Source: an uncultured Acidimicrobiia bacterium
Lineage (GTDB): Bacteria; Actinomycetota; Acidimicrobiia; Acidimicrobiales; AC-14
Reading direction: 5' to 3'
Assembly (NCBI GenBank): GCA_963836205.1
Contig: CAWIIV010000018.1
Coordinates: 1 to 44,200 of the forward strand
Length of the DNA: 44,200 nt
A program made the translations under genes and the position numbers. Below, piece after piece: positions 20,295-29,870 of this stretch. The notes under the pieces were generated by a model. It worked only from the letters and a program-made list of their open reading frames with translations. It was not told where the DNA came from and did not search any database. Within the stretch, counting starts at the first letter, position 1, and each line of letters begins with the position of its first letter.

Positions 20295-21317
20295 GTGAAG
20301 TCATCACGTATCGCTGCGATCGTCCTGACCATAGGACTGGGGCTCGTCGCCTGCGGCGGCACGGGCACCACCACCGACGCCAACACCGAGGGTGATGCCG
20401 TGAGCACCGGCAGCACCCGCTACCCGCTCACGGTGGACAACTGCGGCGAGCAGGTCACCATCGCCGCTCGCCCGAAGAACGTCCTGCTGACCTCGCTCAG
20501 CCCCGTCGGCTACGTCGAGGCGGCCGGCGCCTTCGACCAGGTGAAAACCATCGTCATCGGCTTCAGCAGCCCCGAGTACGAGCTCTCCGACCAGCCCGCG
20601 GCACTGAAGTTCGTCAAGGGCCTGACCACCCTCACCCCGCAAGGGGGCGCCGAAGACGTCTCGCTGGAGGCGATCATCAACGCCCGGCCCGACCTCGTCA
20701 TCGGCGGGGAGACCGACACCGTGACCCGGACCGGGCTGGCCGAGGTCGGCATCCCGATGCTGATCCTCCCCGGCTTCTGCGGCGACGGCCACACCGCCGT
20801 CCTCAACAACCTCAATCTCGACTTCATCCTCGACCAGGTCGAGTTCTGGGGCGAGGTCTTCGACGGGCCCGAGGCGGCTGCCATATCCGTGAAAGCCCTC
20901 CAGACTCGGATCGATGCGGTGCACTCGGAGGTCGCCGACGCCCCTGAGCGGACAGCCGCCACGGTGTACGCGTGCCTGGACGGGAGCTGTTTCGGAGCCT
21001 ACGGCACCTCGAGCATGGCCGACCCGCAGCTGAAGGAGGCCGGCTTCCGCAACGTCTTCGCCGACTTGTCCGGGCGCTACAACGAGACGAGCGTCGAGTC
21101 GCTCATCGACCGCAACCCCGAGGTCGTCGTCATCCTGGGGGGCGAGCAGTCCGACGACCAGAAGCTGGTCGAGTATTTCAAGACACTACCCGGCGTCAGC
21201 GGTCTCCAGGCCGTGAAGAACAACAACCTCCTGGTCATCCCGTTCGGCCACACCGACCCGGCCAATCCGTATTCCATCGACGGCCTCGAAACTATCGTCA
21301 AGCGCTTCTACGCGTAG
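20295..21317 (+). CDS. ABC substrate-binding lipoprotein (SBP2)
   Basis: SD AAGGAG; lipobox LVA-C; YPLTVDNCG; ESLIDRNPEV; LQAVKNN. Confidence 0.92.
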   Translation: MKSSRIAAIVLTIGLGLVACGGTGTTTDANTEGDAVSTGSTRYPLTVDNCGEQVTIAARPKNVLLTSLSPVGYVEAAGAFDQVKTIVIGFSSPEYELSDQPAALKFVKGLTTLTPQGGAEDVSLEAIINARPDLVIGGETDTVTRTGLAEVGIPMLILPGFCGDGHTAVLNNLNLDFILDQVEFWGEVFDGPEAAAISVKALQTRIDAVHSEVADAPERTAATVYACLDGSCFGAYGTSSMADPQLKEAGFRNVFADLSGRYNETSVESLIDRNPEVVVILGGEQSDDQKLVEYFKTLPGVSGLQAVKNNNLLVIPFGHTDPANPYSIDGLETIVKRFYA

Positions 21318-21323
21318 GCGATC

Positions 21324-22112
21324 GTGCTCAAAGCGGACGAGATCAGCTTCGCCTACGACGGGGGCCTCGTCCTCGAGGGCGCGGGGATGGTGGTCGGCGA
21401 CGGCGAGGTCGTGGGCCTGATCGGTCCCAACGGCAGCGGCAAGACCACCTTCCTGCGCATCCTGTACGCAGCTCTGCGCCCGCGGACCGGCGCAGTGATG
21501 GTGGACGACGTCTCGGTGGCGGCCCTCGCCCCCCGTGACGTCGCCCGCCGCCTGTCCGTGGTCATCCAGGAGGGTTCCGGCGACCTCCCGCTGACGGTTT
21601 CGGAACTGGTCATACTCGGCCGGTCGCCGCACCTCGGCTCCTTCGAGCGTTACAAGGCCGAGGACTATCGGCTCGCCGCCGCAGCCCTGCACCGCGTGGG
21701 CGCCCGCCACCTCGCCGACCGGGCCTTCGCCTTCCTGTCGGGTGGCGAGAAGCAGCGGGTCCTGATCGCCAAGGCCCTGGCCCAGGGGTGCCGCCACCTG
21801 TTGCTCGACGAACCGACCAACCACCTCGATATCCGGTACCAGCACGAGGTGCTGAGCCTCATCCGGAGCATCGGCACGACGTCGGTCGTGGTCCTCCACG
21901 ACCTCAACCTGGCCAGCCGCTACTGCGACCGGCTGGTCCTGCTCCAGAAGGGCCGGGTCGTGGCAACCGGCACCTGCGACGAGGTGCTGCGCCCAGAGGT
22001 CCTGGAGCCCGTCTACGAGATCGGGGTGCGCTGCATCGACGACCACGACGGGCGGCAACTGCTGTTCCGTCCGTTGTCGGCTGTGCCGACGAAAGTTGGC
22101 GTCGGTGCCTGA
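21324..22112 (+). CDS. FecE/BtuD-type ABC ATPase
   Basis: GPNGSGKT, LSGGEKQR, LDEPTNHLD. Confidence 0.95.
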   Translation: MLKADEISFAYDGGLVLEGAGMVVGDGEVVGLIGPNGSGKTTFLRILYAALRPRTGAVMVDDVSVAALAPRDVARRLSVVIQEGSGDLPLTVSELVILGRSPHLGSFERYKAEDYRLAAAALHRVGARHLADRAFAFLSGGEKQRVLIAKALAQGCRHLLLDEPTNHLDIRYQHEVLSLIRSIGTTSVVVLHDLNLASRYCDRLVLLQKGRVVATGTCDEVLRPEVLEPVYEIGVRCIDDHDGRQLLFRPLSAVPTKVGVGA

Positions 22113-22134
22113 GGGCCGGTTTCGGCCCTCAGGC
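22107..22134. terminator. Hairpin between convergent genes
   Basis: GCCTGAGGGCCG-GTTT-CGGCCCTCAGGC perfect 12-bp stem. Confidence 0.75.
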
Positions 22135-22164
22135 CGAACATGCCCGGACCGGGAACCACCTTCT

Positions 22165-22827
22165 TCAGATCGCCTGGTGGCCCGGGTCGACCTCAGCATC
22201 GCCGGATTCCTCGACGAGGCGAAGGCCTTCCGCCGCCTGGGCTGCGGGGCTACGCCTCGGGGCGGGGATAGCCAGAAGCCACACCAGCACGACGCTCGCC
22301 AACTCGGGCAGGTGGGTGATCTCGCCGGTCATGGGGACGTTGCCGTCGAGGATGTCGATGACCGCTCCGACGAGGAGGGCGCCGGCCAGCACCTGGGCCA
22401 CCGGCAGCATGGCGCGCGCCCGCGCCGGTCGCACCGCCACGACCAGGAGGCCGACTCCGTAGGCGACTGTGAACGCCCCGAGGTGTCGGGCGGCATGGGC
22501 CGACGTCGCCGCCTCGTCCCCGAGCACCAGGGCGGGAAGCGACAACCCGATGATCTGGAAGCCGACCACGGCCAGGGCTCCCCGGACGGGCCCCCATCGG
22601 CTGGCCCGATCGGCGATGGCGTTGAGCTTGACGACTCGGGGTGCCAGGTCGGGCATCGCCTCCGCCGGTCGGACCCGGACCGCCCGCGCGCTCTGCTCGA
22701 CGTCGGCCCGAAACCGCCGGCAGCCGGGGCAGCGGGCGAGGTGGGCGTCGAGCAGGCGTTCGTCCACACCCGCGGCCTCGCCGTCAGCGAGCGCCGAGAT
22801 CGCTTCCTGCCAGGGCTGGCACGTCAC
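22165..22827 (-). CDS. zf-HC2 (ZAS) membrane anti-sigma factor
   Basis: C...EAISALADGE...HLARCPGC, then TM segments with conserved-looking His residues (HAARH, THLPE). Confidence 0.85.
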   Translation of the reverse strand: MTCQPWQEAISALADGEAAGVDERLLDAHLARCPGCRRFRADVEQSARAVRVRPAEAMPDLAPRVVKLNAIADRASRWGPVRGALAVVGFQIIGLSLPALVLGDEAATSAHAARHLGAFTVAYGVGLLVVAVRPARARAMLPVAQVLAGALLVGAVIDILDGNVPMTGEITHLPELASVVLVWLLAIPAPRRSPAAQAAEGLRLVEESGDAEVDPGHQAI

Positions 22828-22870
22828 GTTCGTTCCTGTCGTTCCTCGTCGCGCTGTGGTTCCCGCCGAA

Positions 22871-22905
22871 TTGAATCACCTGCTCCTGACGGCCACCATG
22901 GCGTC
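22871..22905 (+). promoter_or_regulatory. Putative leaderless promoter of the ECF sigma gene
   Basis: TTGAAT-17-CACCAT-6-GTG. Confidence 0.5.
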
Positions 22906-23430
22906 GTGCTCCCGCCCGATCCGCTGCGCCCGCTCCTCGACGCCGCCCTCGAGGGCGACGACGCCGCCCTGGCTGAGCTGGTCCGGCGCACCCAACCCGC
23001 GGTATGGCGGCTTTGCTCGGTGCTCGGGTCCCCCGGCGAGGAAGAGGACCTCGTGCAGGACACCTACGTGCGGGTGCTGCGGGCCCTACCCTCCTACCGG
23101 GGCGAGGCCCCGGTGCTGGTGTGGATGGTGTCGATCGCCCGGCGGGTGTGCGCCGATCACGTGCGCCGCCACCAGCGCCAGCGCCGCCTGTTGGGTCGGC
23201 TGATGGCGGCTGGCGAGGATGCCAGTGCCTCCCCGCCGGCTCCGATCGACGACCTCGTCCGGGCTCTGGACGCCGACCGGCGGGACGCCTTCGTCCTCAC
23301 CCAGCTCCTCGGCCTAAGCTACGAGGAGGCGGCGGCGACCCTCGACTGCCCGGTGGGCACCATCCGGTCCCGGGTGGCCCGGGCTCGGGCCGAGCTCTTC
23401 TCGCTGGTGCGGCAGGCCGAAGCCCGGTAG
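22906..23430 (+). CDS. sigC: ECF sigma factor, actinobacterial SigC-like
   Basis: LVRRTQPAVWR, DLVQDTY, SIARRVCADHVR, AFVLTQLLGLSYEEAA..LDCPVGTIRSRVARAR. Confidence 0.85.
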   Translation: MLPPDPLRPLLDAALEGDDAALAELVRRTQPAVWRLCSVLGSPGEEEDLVQDTYVRVLRALPSYRGEAPVLVWMVSIARRVCADHVRRHQRQRRLLGRLMAAGEDASASPPAPIDDLVRALDADRRDAFVLTQLLGLSYEEAAATLDCPVGTIRSRVARARAELFSLVRQAEAR

Positions 23431-23456
23431 GGCCACCTCACTCGCCGGAAAGAGGC

Positions 23457-23484
23457 GGGAACTATCGGGGCGGGCCTGGCGACT
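23457..23484 (+). promoter_or_regulatory. SigC-type ECF promoter
   Basis: GGGAAC-N17-CGACT, 50 nt upstream of the pepSY ATG. Confidence 0.75.
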
Positions 23485-23534
23485 CCCTGATCGGCTGCGA
23501 GCACGCAGTCCTCGCGCCAGAGGGGGAGCCGTAG

Positions 23535-25219
23535 ATGGATGACACCCTGGGCTTGGCCGTGCCCGGCGAATCCCAACTCGTCGGGGTGGACCTGACTGCG
23601 ACCCGGCCCGAATCGGGAGAGCCGATCGGGGTGTCCGCCGGTCGGGCCGCGGGATCACCGCCGGCCGAGACCAGCAGGCGGTGGCGCACGGTGTGGCGGG
23701 TCCACTTCTACGCCGGCGTGTTCGCCCTCCCGATGCTCGTGCTGCTGTCGATCACCGGGCTGGTGATCCTCTACACCGAGCCCATCAACAACGCCTTCGG
23801 CGCCGACCTGCGCAAGGTCGTGCCGGCGGGGGCGCCGGTGACGCTCGACGCCCAGCGGGAGGCGGTCGAGACGGCCTTCCCCGACCTGCACGTCAGTGGC
23901 GTCACCACCCCCAAGAGCGCCGACCTGTCGACGGTGTTCGCCGTCACCTCCGATGACGAGCACTTCCGCGACGTCTACGTCAACCCCTACACCGGTGTGG
24001 TGCTGGGCTCGCTGCAACAGGGGTCGGGCATCGTCGGGCTGGCCAACCGCCTCCACGGCACCCTGAACAACGACTCGCTCAAGGTGCCACTACCCATGCT
24101 GACGGGCATCCTGGGCGACGGTCCCGCCTTCGCCTCGGTCCCGGTGGGCGAGATGGCGGTGGAGATCTGGGCCTGTTGGGGACTGGTGCTGGCCGGCACC
24201 GGCATCTTCTTGTGGTGGCCTCGCAAGGCCGGCACCGGCAAGGCCATGTTCCTGCCCAGCCTGGCCCGGTTCCGCAAGGGCGGCCGGGCCCGGTGGCGTG
24301 ACCTCCACGCGGTGCCGGGGATCCTCTTCGCCGGCGTCTTGATGTTCTTCGTCTCCACCGGGTTGCCATGGTCGTCGTACTGGGGCGACAACTGGTCCGC
24401 GGCCTCCTCCGACATCACCCCTGCGCCCCGATTCGATGAGCCCGCCTCCACCCTGGCCCGTACCGGCGACCTCGACCGCTTCGGAAACCGCATCGAGTGG
24501 TCCGTGCGCAACGTGCCGGTGCCGGCCTCGGACCCGACCGCGGGATCGGACGCGAGCGGTGGACTCGGCCATCCCGCCCATCCCGAGCACGGCCCGGCTG
24601 GGACCCCGACGGCAAGCACCGCGGCGGAGCCGGCGACCGTCGTCGAAGCCGGCCTGCCGGCGCCTCTGAGCCTCGACCGGGTCGCCGAGATCGCCTGGGT
24701 CGAGAGGATGCAGCCCGGGTACAGCATCGCCCTGCCGGTGGACTCCCCGACGACCCTGTCAGCCCGGTGTACGGCAGCTACGTGCTCGGCGACCCGTGGC
24801 CGGCCCGGATGGACACCTACTCCACGGTCTACGTCGACCAGTTCAGCGGCGTCACCCTGGCCCGCAAGGACTCCTTCGACCGCGGCGCCCTCAGCGCAGC
24901 GACATCGTTCGGGATCAACACCCACATGGGTACCCAGTTCGGCCTCGTCAACCGCATCGTCATGACCGGGGGCTGCCTGCTGCTGCTGTGGATGGCCTTC
25001 ACCGCGGTGGTGATGTGGTGGAAGCGCCGTCCCCGGGGCAAGGCCGGCCTGCCCCGCCGGCCAAACAACGTCGCCCTGCCGAAGGCGCTGAAGCTCTCGG
25101 CGCTTGGCCTCGGCATCGTCTACCCCCTGTGGGCGGTGAGCGCATTGGCCGCCCTTGGCCTGGACCGCTACGTCATCCGCCGGGTGCGACGGCTCCGGGC
25201 TGCGTTCGGCATGCGGTGA
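23535..25219 (+). CDS. PepSY-associated TM helix protein with an apparent frameshift near 24745
   Basis: WRVHFYAG, VYVNPYTG, RLHG, WRDLHAVPG, TGLPWS; second frame VYVDQFSG, HMGTQFG, MWWKRRP. Confidence 0.85.
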
Positions 25220-25244
25220 CCGGTTCTGTGGCGGCAGGGTCGGC

Positions 25245-25805
25245 GTGACCTCCGACACGGTCTCGCTGTTCCTGGCCCTGCTGGCCGTCGTCGCACAGGG
25301 GGCGGTGGCGATGGCCGTCGTGCTGGCCGTGGGTGGGCGGTGGTCGGCGCGGGTGGCCCGGGCCCGCCGCGCCCTCGCCGGTGGCGTCCGACCCCAGGCG
25401 CTGGGGCTCGGCCTGGCCGTGGCCTCGGTGGCGACCGCCGGCAGCCTCTACTTCTCCGAGGTGGCGCACTTCACTCCCTGCCGGCTGTGCTGGTTCCAGC
25501 GGGCCTGCATGTACCCACTCGTGCCCGTCCTCGGCCTCGCCGCGTGGCGCGGGGGCGGCCAGCTTCGCCGAGCCGCGACCGCGCTCGCCGGGGTCGGCGC
25601 CCTGATCGCCACCTACCACGTGCTCATCGAGCACTACCCCACGCTCGAGTCCGACGTCTGCGACCCGACCAACCCGTGCACGCTCATCTGGGTGCGCCGC
25701 CTGGGGTACCTCACCATCCCGACCATGGCGCTGAGCGCCTTCGCCCTCGTCCTGGTGCTGGTCCTGGTGGCCCGCCCCCCGGCCCGGCGCCCCGCCGCGG
25801 CGTAA
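25245..25805 (+). CDS. dsbB: Disulfide bond formation protein, DsbB/BdbC type
   Basis: GSLYFSE...PCRLCWFQR.CMYPL; second Cys pair C.PTNPC; LTIPTMAL. Confidence 0.88.
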   Translation: MTSDTVSLFLALLAVVAQGAVAMAVVLAVGGRWSARVARARRALAGGVRPQALGLGLAVASVATAGSLYFSEVAHFTPCRLCWFQRACMYPLVPVLGLAAWRGGGQLRRAATALAGVGALIATYHVLIEHYPTLESDVCDPTNPCTLIWVRRLGYLTIPTMALSAFALVLVLVLVARPPARRPAAA

Positions 25806-25821
25806 ACCTCAAGGAGCTCGC

Positions 25822-26499
25822 ATGCCCAACGCCGACCTGAAGCCCCGCCACCGGCGCCCACCGACCAGGCGCCGGAAGACGCCGTGGCCCTGGATCGCCC
25901 TGGGCGTGATCGTCCTCGTTGCCGGCGTGGTGGCGGTGACGGTCTCGGGGGGTTCGACCAGGCCATCCACGGCCGGCCTGGAGCAGACGCAACCCGTCGA
26001 GGTCACCGGGAACCCCCTGGCCAAGCTGGTGGCCGGTGGCGTCGACCCGGCCGTGGGCCAGGTCATCCCTACCGTGAGCGGAGCCGCCTTCGACGGCCAG
26101 CCCATGGTCATCGCCCCCGACGGCCGGCCTCAGCTGGTGGTCTTCGTGGCCCACTGGTGCCCCCACTGCCAGCGGGAGGTGCCCCTCCTGGTCGACCACC
26201 TGGCCGACGATCCCGTGCCCGCGGGGATCGATCTGGTCACCGTGGCCACCGCCACCGACCCCAGCCGGCCGAACTACCCGCCCTCGGCCTGGCTGGAGTC
26301 GGTCGGATGGACGGCCCCGACGATGGCCGACCCGCCCGAGGGGACGGCGGCGGTGGCCCTCGGGCTGCCGGGCTACCCCTACTTCGTGGCCGTCGACCGC
26401 CAGGGCCGGGTGGTGGCCCGCACCTCCGGTGAGATCACCACCGATCAGTTCGACCAACTCGTCCGCCTGGCGGCGGGCGGATCCGGCTCGGCCGGTTGA
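25822..26499 (+). CDS. Membrane-anchored thioredoxin-fold (TlpA/DsbE-like) oxidoreductase
   Basis: N-terminal TM; AHWCPHCQRE; GYPYFV cis-Pro loop. Confidence 0.88.
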   Translation: MPNADLKPRHRRPPTRRRKTPWPWIALGVIVLVAGVVAVTVSGGSTRPSTAGLEQTQPVEVTGNPLAKLVAGGVDPAVGQVIPTVSGAAFDGQPMVIAPDGRPQLVVFVAHWCPHCQREVPLLVDHLADDPVPAGIDLVTVATATDPSRPNYPPSAWLESVGWTAPTMADPPEGTAAVALGLPGYPYFVAVDRQGRVVARTSGEITTDQFDQLVRLAAGGSGSAG

Positions 26500-27292
26500 T
26501 CGCCTCCCTCCCCGTACCACCCTTCCGAGGTGTGAGCCTCGGCCCGTTCAGCCTGCTGCCTACGGGGTGCTCATCGCCGTCGGGGTGGTGGCCGCCGTGC
26601 GCTGGGCCGAGCGGCGGTGGCAGGCCTCGGGCGGTGCCGCAGGGGCGGCGTCCGAGGTCGCCATCTGGGCCGTTCCCGCCGGAGTCGTCGGCGCCCGTCT
26701 CTACCACGTCGCCACCGACTTCCATCGCTTCCGGGGCCGATGGCTGGCGGTCTTCGCCATCTGGCACGGCGGCCTCGGCATCTGGGGCGGCGTGGCCGGC
26801 GGCATGCTGGCCGGCGTCGTCGTGGCCCGCCGGCGCGGCCTCGACGTCGCCCGCCTCCTCGACGCTGTCGCTCCCGCCATCGCCCTCGGTCAGGCCATCG
26901 GGCGGTGGGGCAACTACTTCAACCAGGAGCTCTTCGGCAGGCCGTCGACGCTTCCCTGGGCCGTGCGCATCGACGCCGCCCACCGCCCCGCCGGCTACGA
27001 GCAGGTCGCCACCTTCCACCCGGCGTTCCTCTACGAGTCGCTCTGGAACCTGGTCGTGGTCGCCATCGTGCTGGCCGTCGAGCACCGGGCCCGCCTCAAG
27101 CCGGGGCGGCTGTTCGCGGTGTACGTGTGCGCCTACACGTTCGGGCGATTCTTCGTCGAGCTGCTGCGCATCGACGACAGCAGCCACGTCCTCGGCCTCC
27201 GTCTGAACGACTGGACGAGCGTAGTGGTGTTCAGTGCCGGAGCCCTTGTCCTGGCCCGGGGCCGGGAACCTGCCGGCATGCCTCGCCCGTGA
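26496..27292 (+). CDS. lgt: Prolipoprotein diacylglyceryl transferase with an apparent frameshift near 26555
   Basis: IASLP...[47 protein letters not shown]. Confidence 0.88.
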
Positions 27293-28128
27293 TCGGGAGC
27301 AGCCGTCCGGCTTTGAGCTCGAGGACCCGGTCGGCGAGCACGGCCAGGAGTCGGCGGTCGTGGCTGACGACCACCATCGCCGTCCCGCCATCGGCCAGGC
27401 GGCGGGGCAGCCGCACCACGCCCGCGGCACTGATCAGGTCGAGGCGCTGGTGGGCTCGTCGGCGAGCAGGAGCGCGGGTTCGGCGACTACCGCGCGGGCC
27501 ACCGCCACCCGCTGGCATTGGCCGACGGAGAGACCGGCCGGTGGGGTCCGGGGATCGAATGCCAGCCAACCCGACCGAGGCCGGGGCCGCATCCCGGCGG
27601 GCGTCCGTCTCCGCGCTCGGCGGGGATCGGGGGTGGCCGGCGGTCAGAGCCTCGAGGACGGTGCGGCCGATCGGCCACCGGGGATCGAGGCTGGCCACCG
27701 GCCCCTGGAACACCGGCATCACGTAGCCGGGACGGGGGATGCGCCGCGTCCAGCGCAGGTGTCGCCGCTCCCACACCGGACGGCCGCCCAGCCGCACCTC
27801 GCCACCGGACGGACGTTCGAGTCCCCCGAGGAGCCGCAGCAGGCTGCTCTTGCCAACGCCGGAGCGGCCGCAGATGCCGACGACCTCACCCACCGACACC
27901 AACAGGTCGAGCCCGTCGGCCACGACCGTCCGGGGGGTGGCCGGGCCGTAGCGGTGCGCAGGAGCATCTCGGCGCCGCCGAAGCCGGCGGGCGTCGAGGT
28001 CTTCATGGGGGCCGCCTGGCTCGTCGTCGGCGTCCCGGCGGAGGTGCCCGCGGGCTTGTCGTCGCTGCCGCAGGCGCCGGCGGCGAGTACCACGACCAGG
28101 GCCACGACCAGTCGAGCGATCGTCTGAC
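27231..28128 (-). pseudogene. Chimeric remnant: lipoprotein N-terminus joined to a frameshifted NikE/OppF-like ATPase
   Basis: [18 protein letters not shown] plus Thr linker, then [22 protein letters not shown] and VVSHD in shifting frames. Confidence 0.7.
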
Positions 28129-28130
28129 AA

Positions 28131-28717
28131 CGCAACCTCCGTGACCTCACCCAGTCCGCCCTCCGGGAGCGGGTGGCGCTCGTCCCCCAGGACGTCTACC
28201 TGTTCAACACCTCGATCCTGGAGAACATCCGCCTCGGTCGCCCCGACGCCACCGACGACGAGGTGGCCGACGCCGCCCGCAAGGCCCTGGTGGGCGAGTT
28301 CGGCGACGGCCTGCCCGAGGGACTGGCGACGACGGTCGGCGAGCGGGGGGCGGCCCTGTCCGGCGGCCAGCGCCCGCGCATCGCCCTGGCCCGGGCCCTC
28401 CTGCGGGACGCGGCCGTCCTCGTCCTCGACGAAGCCGTGTCCAATGTCGACGCCGAGGGCGAGACCCACCTGAGGCGGCCCTGGACGCGGCCCGGGCCGG
28501 TCGCACCACAGTGGTCATCGCCCACCGCCTGTCCACCATCCGCACGGCCGACCGGGTGGTCGTGCTGGGGGGCGGCCGGGTGGTGCAGCAGGGCCGCCAC
28601 GACGACCTCGCCGCCGCCGACGGCACCTACCGCCGCCTGCTGGCGGGCCAGGTGGGTGAGCGGACGACGCCTGCCCGTCGACGGCCTCGACCAGGCCAGG
28701 CCCGTCGACGGTGGTAG
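28131..28717 (+). pseudogene. Second C-terminal ABC exporter-type NBD fragment, frameshifted near 28478
   Basis: [33 protein letters not shown], then AHRLSTI in another frame; no Walker A. Confidence 0.78.
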
Positions 28718-28786
28718 GAGTGGCGGCGATGGCCGAGGCGCGGCCGGCAAGTGACAGCCTCCACCCGACTGTCATGAGCATGCGTT

Positions 28787-28801
28787 TGCGAACACGGTGC
28801 A
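28787..28801. promoter_or_regulatory. Nur-box-like operator upstream of the ECF transporter
   Basis: TGCGA-ACACG-GTGCA. Confidence 0.65.
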
Positions 28802-28860
28802 GGTGGTGGAAGATGAGATTCCAGGCACATCGGCCGGAACGCCGCCCAGGAGGTAGCGCG

Positions 28861-29541
28861 CTGCACATCCCCGACGGGTTCATCAACGGCACCGTCTCCG
28901 TCGGAGCGGGCGTGGTTGCCGTCGGCGCGCTCAGCGTGTGCGTCCGCAAGTCCGCGGAGGTGATGGAGGAGAAGCAGGCCCCCATGGCCGGGCTGGTGGC
29001 AGCCTTCATCTTCGCCGTCCAGATGCTCAACTTCCCGGTTGCCAGCGGCACCAGTGGACATCTCCTCGGGGGGGTGTTGGCCGCCGTCCTTGTCGGACCA
29101 TGGGCCGGAGCGGTGTGCGTGGCAGTCGTTCTGCTGGTGCAGGCCCTGCTGTTCGCCGATGGCGGGCTGTCGGCCTTGGGCCTCAACATCGTGAACATGG
29201 CCGTCGTCGCCGGCTTCGGCGGCTACGCCATCTACATGGGCCTGCGCAAGGTGCTGCCCACGAGCCGAGCCGGCGTCATGATCTCCTCCGGCGTTGCCGC
29301 CTGCCTGGGGGTGGTCCTGGCGTCGCTTGCCTTCACCCTCGAGTACGCCCTCGGCGGCCAGGGAGGAGCGTCATTGGGGGCGGTGGCGGGGGCCATGATC
29401 GGCACCCACCTGCTCATCGGCATCGGCGAGGGCGTCATCACCGCTCTCACCATCGGCGCCGTCCTGGCGGTGCGGCCCGACCTGGTGGCGGGGGCGACCG
29501 ATCTGGTTCCCAAGCTCGAGCTTCGGACGGGGAGGGTCTGA
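28861..29541 (+). CDS. cbiM: ECF Ni/Co transporter S component (NikM/CbiM), probable CTG start
   Basis: (M)HIPDG, AFIFAVQMLNFP, GTSGHLLG, QALLFADGG, HLLIGIGEG; AGGAGG 7 nt before CTG. Confidence 0.92.
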   Translation: MHIPDGFINGTVSVGAGVVAVGALSVCVRKSAEVMEEKQAPMAGLVAAFIFAVQMLNFPVASGTSGHLLGGVLAAVLVGPWAGAVCVAVVLLVQALLFADGGLSALGLNIVNMAVVAGFGGYAIYMGLRKVLPTSRAGVMISSGVAACLGVVLASLAFTLEYALGGQGGASLGAVAGAMIGTHLLIGIGEGVITALTIGAVLAVRPDLVAGATDLVPKLELRTGRV

Positions 29542-29542
29542 C

Positions 29543-29869
29543 ATGGGCAAGGTCAAGCTGTCCCTGTTCATAGGCGCCGGCCTGGCGGTGGCCCTGCTTC
29601 TCGCCTTCGCCGTCAGCCCCGAGGCCTCCAGCAAGCCGGACGGGCTGGAGAAGGTGGCCATCGACAAGGGCTTCATCGACACGGCCCAGGACCATGACAT
29701 GGCCGACAGCCCACTGGCCGACTACGGCGTCGAGGGTGTGGACAACGAGCGCCTGAGCACCGGGCTGGCCGGCATCATCGGCGTCACCGTCACCTTCGCG
29801 ATCGGGCTGGGACTGTTCGGCCTGCTGCGGGTGTCCCGCCGGCGGTCGAGCAGCGCCGTCTCCACCTGA
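29543..29869 (+). CDS. PDGLE-domain NikN/CbiN-type component
   Basis: ASSKPDGLEKVA; SPLADY; two TM segments. Confidence 0.88.
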   Translation: MGKVKLSLFIGAGLAVALLLAFAVSPEASSKPDGLEKVAIDKGFIDTAQDHDMADSPLADYGVEGVDNERLSTGLAGIIGVTVTFAIGLGLFGLLRVSRRRSSSAVST

Positions 29870-29870
29870 G

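Noticed and set aside
22096-22905. 444-aa extended sigma factor ORF
   Set aside because: The upstream part is the antisense shadow of the anti-sigma gene; sigma homology starts near GTG 22906
28720-28860. NiCo or cobalamin riboswitch before cbiM
   Set aside because: Only a short TGACAG/CTGTCA inverted repeat is seen; the leader after the operator is too short and lacks recognisable consensus
28711-28860. N-terminal extension of CbiM shown in the ORF track
   Set aside because: It overlaps the operator and SD, is not a signal peptide, and would block the Met1-His2 metal site
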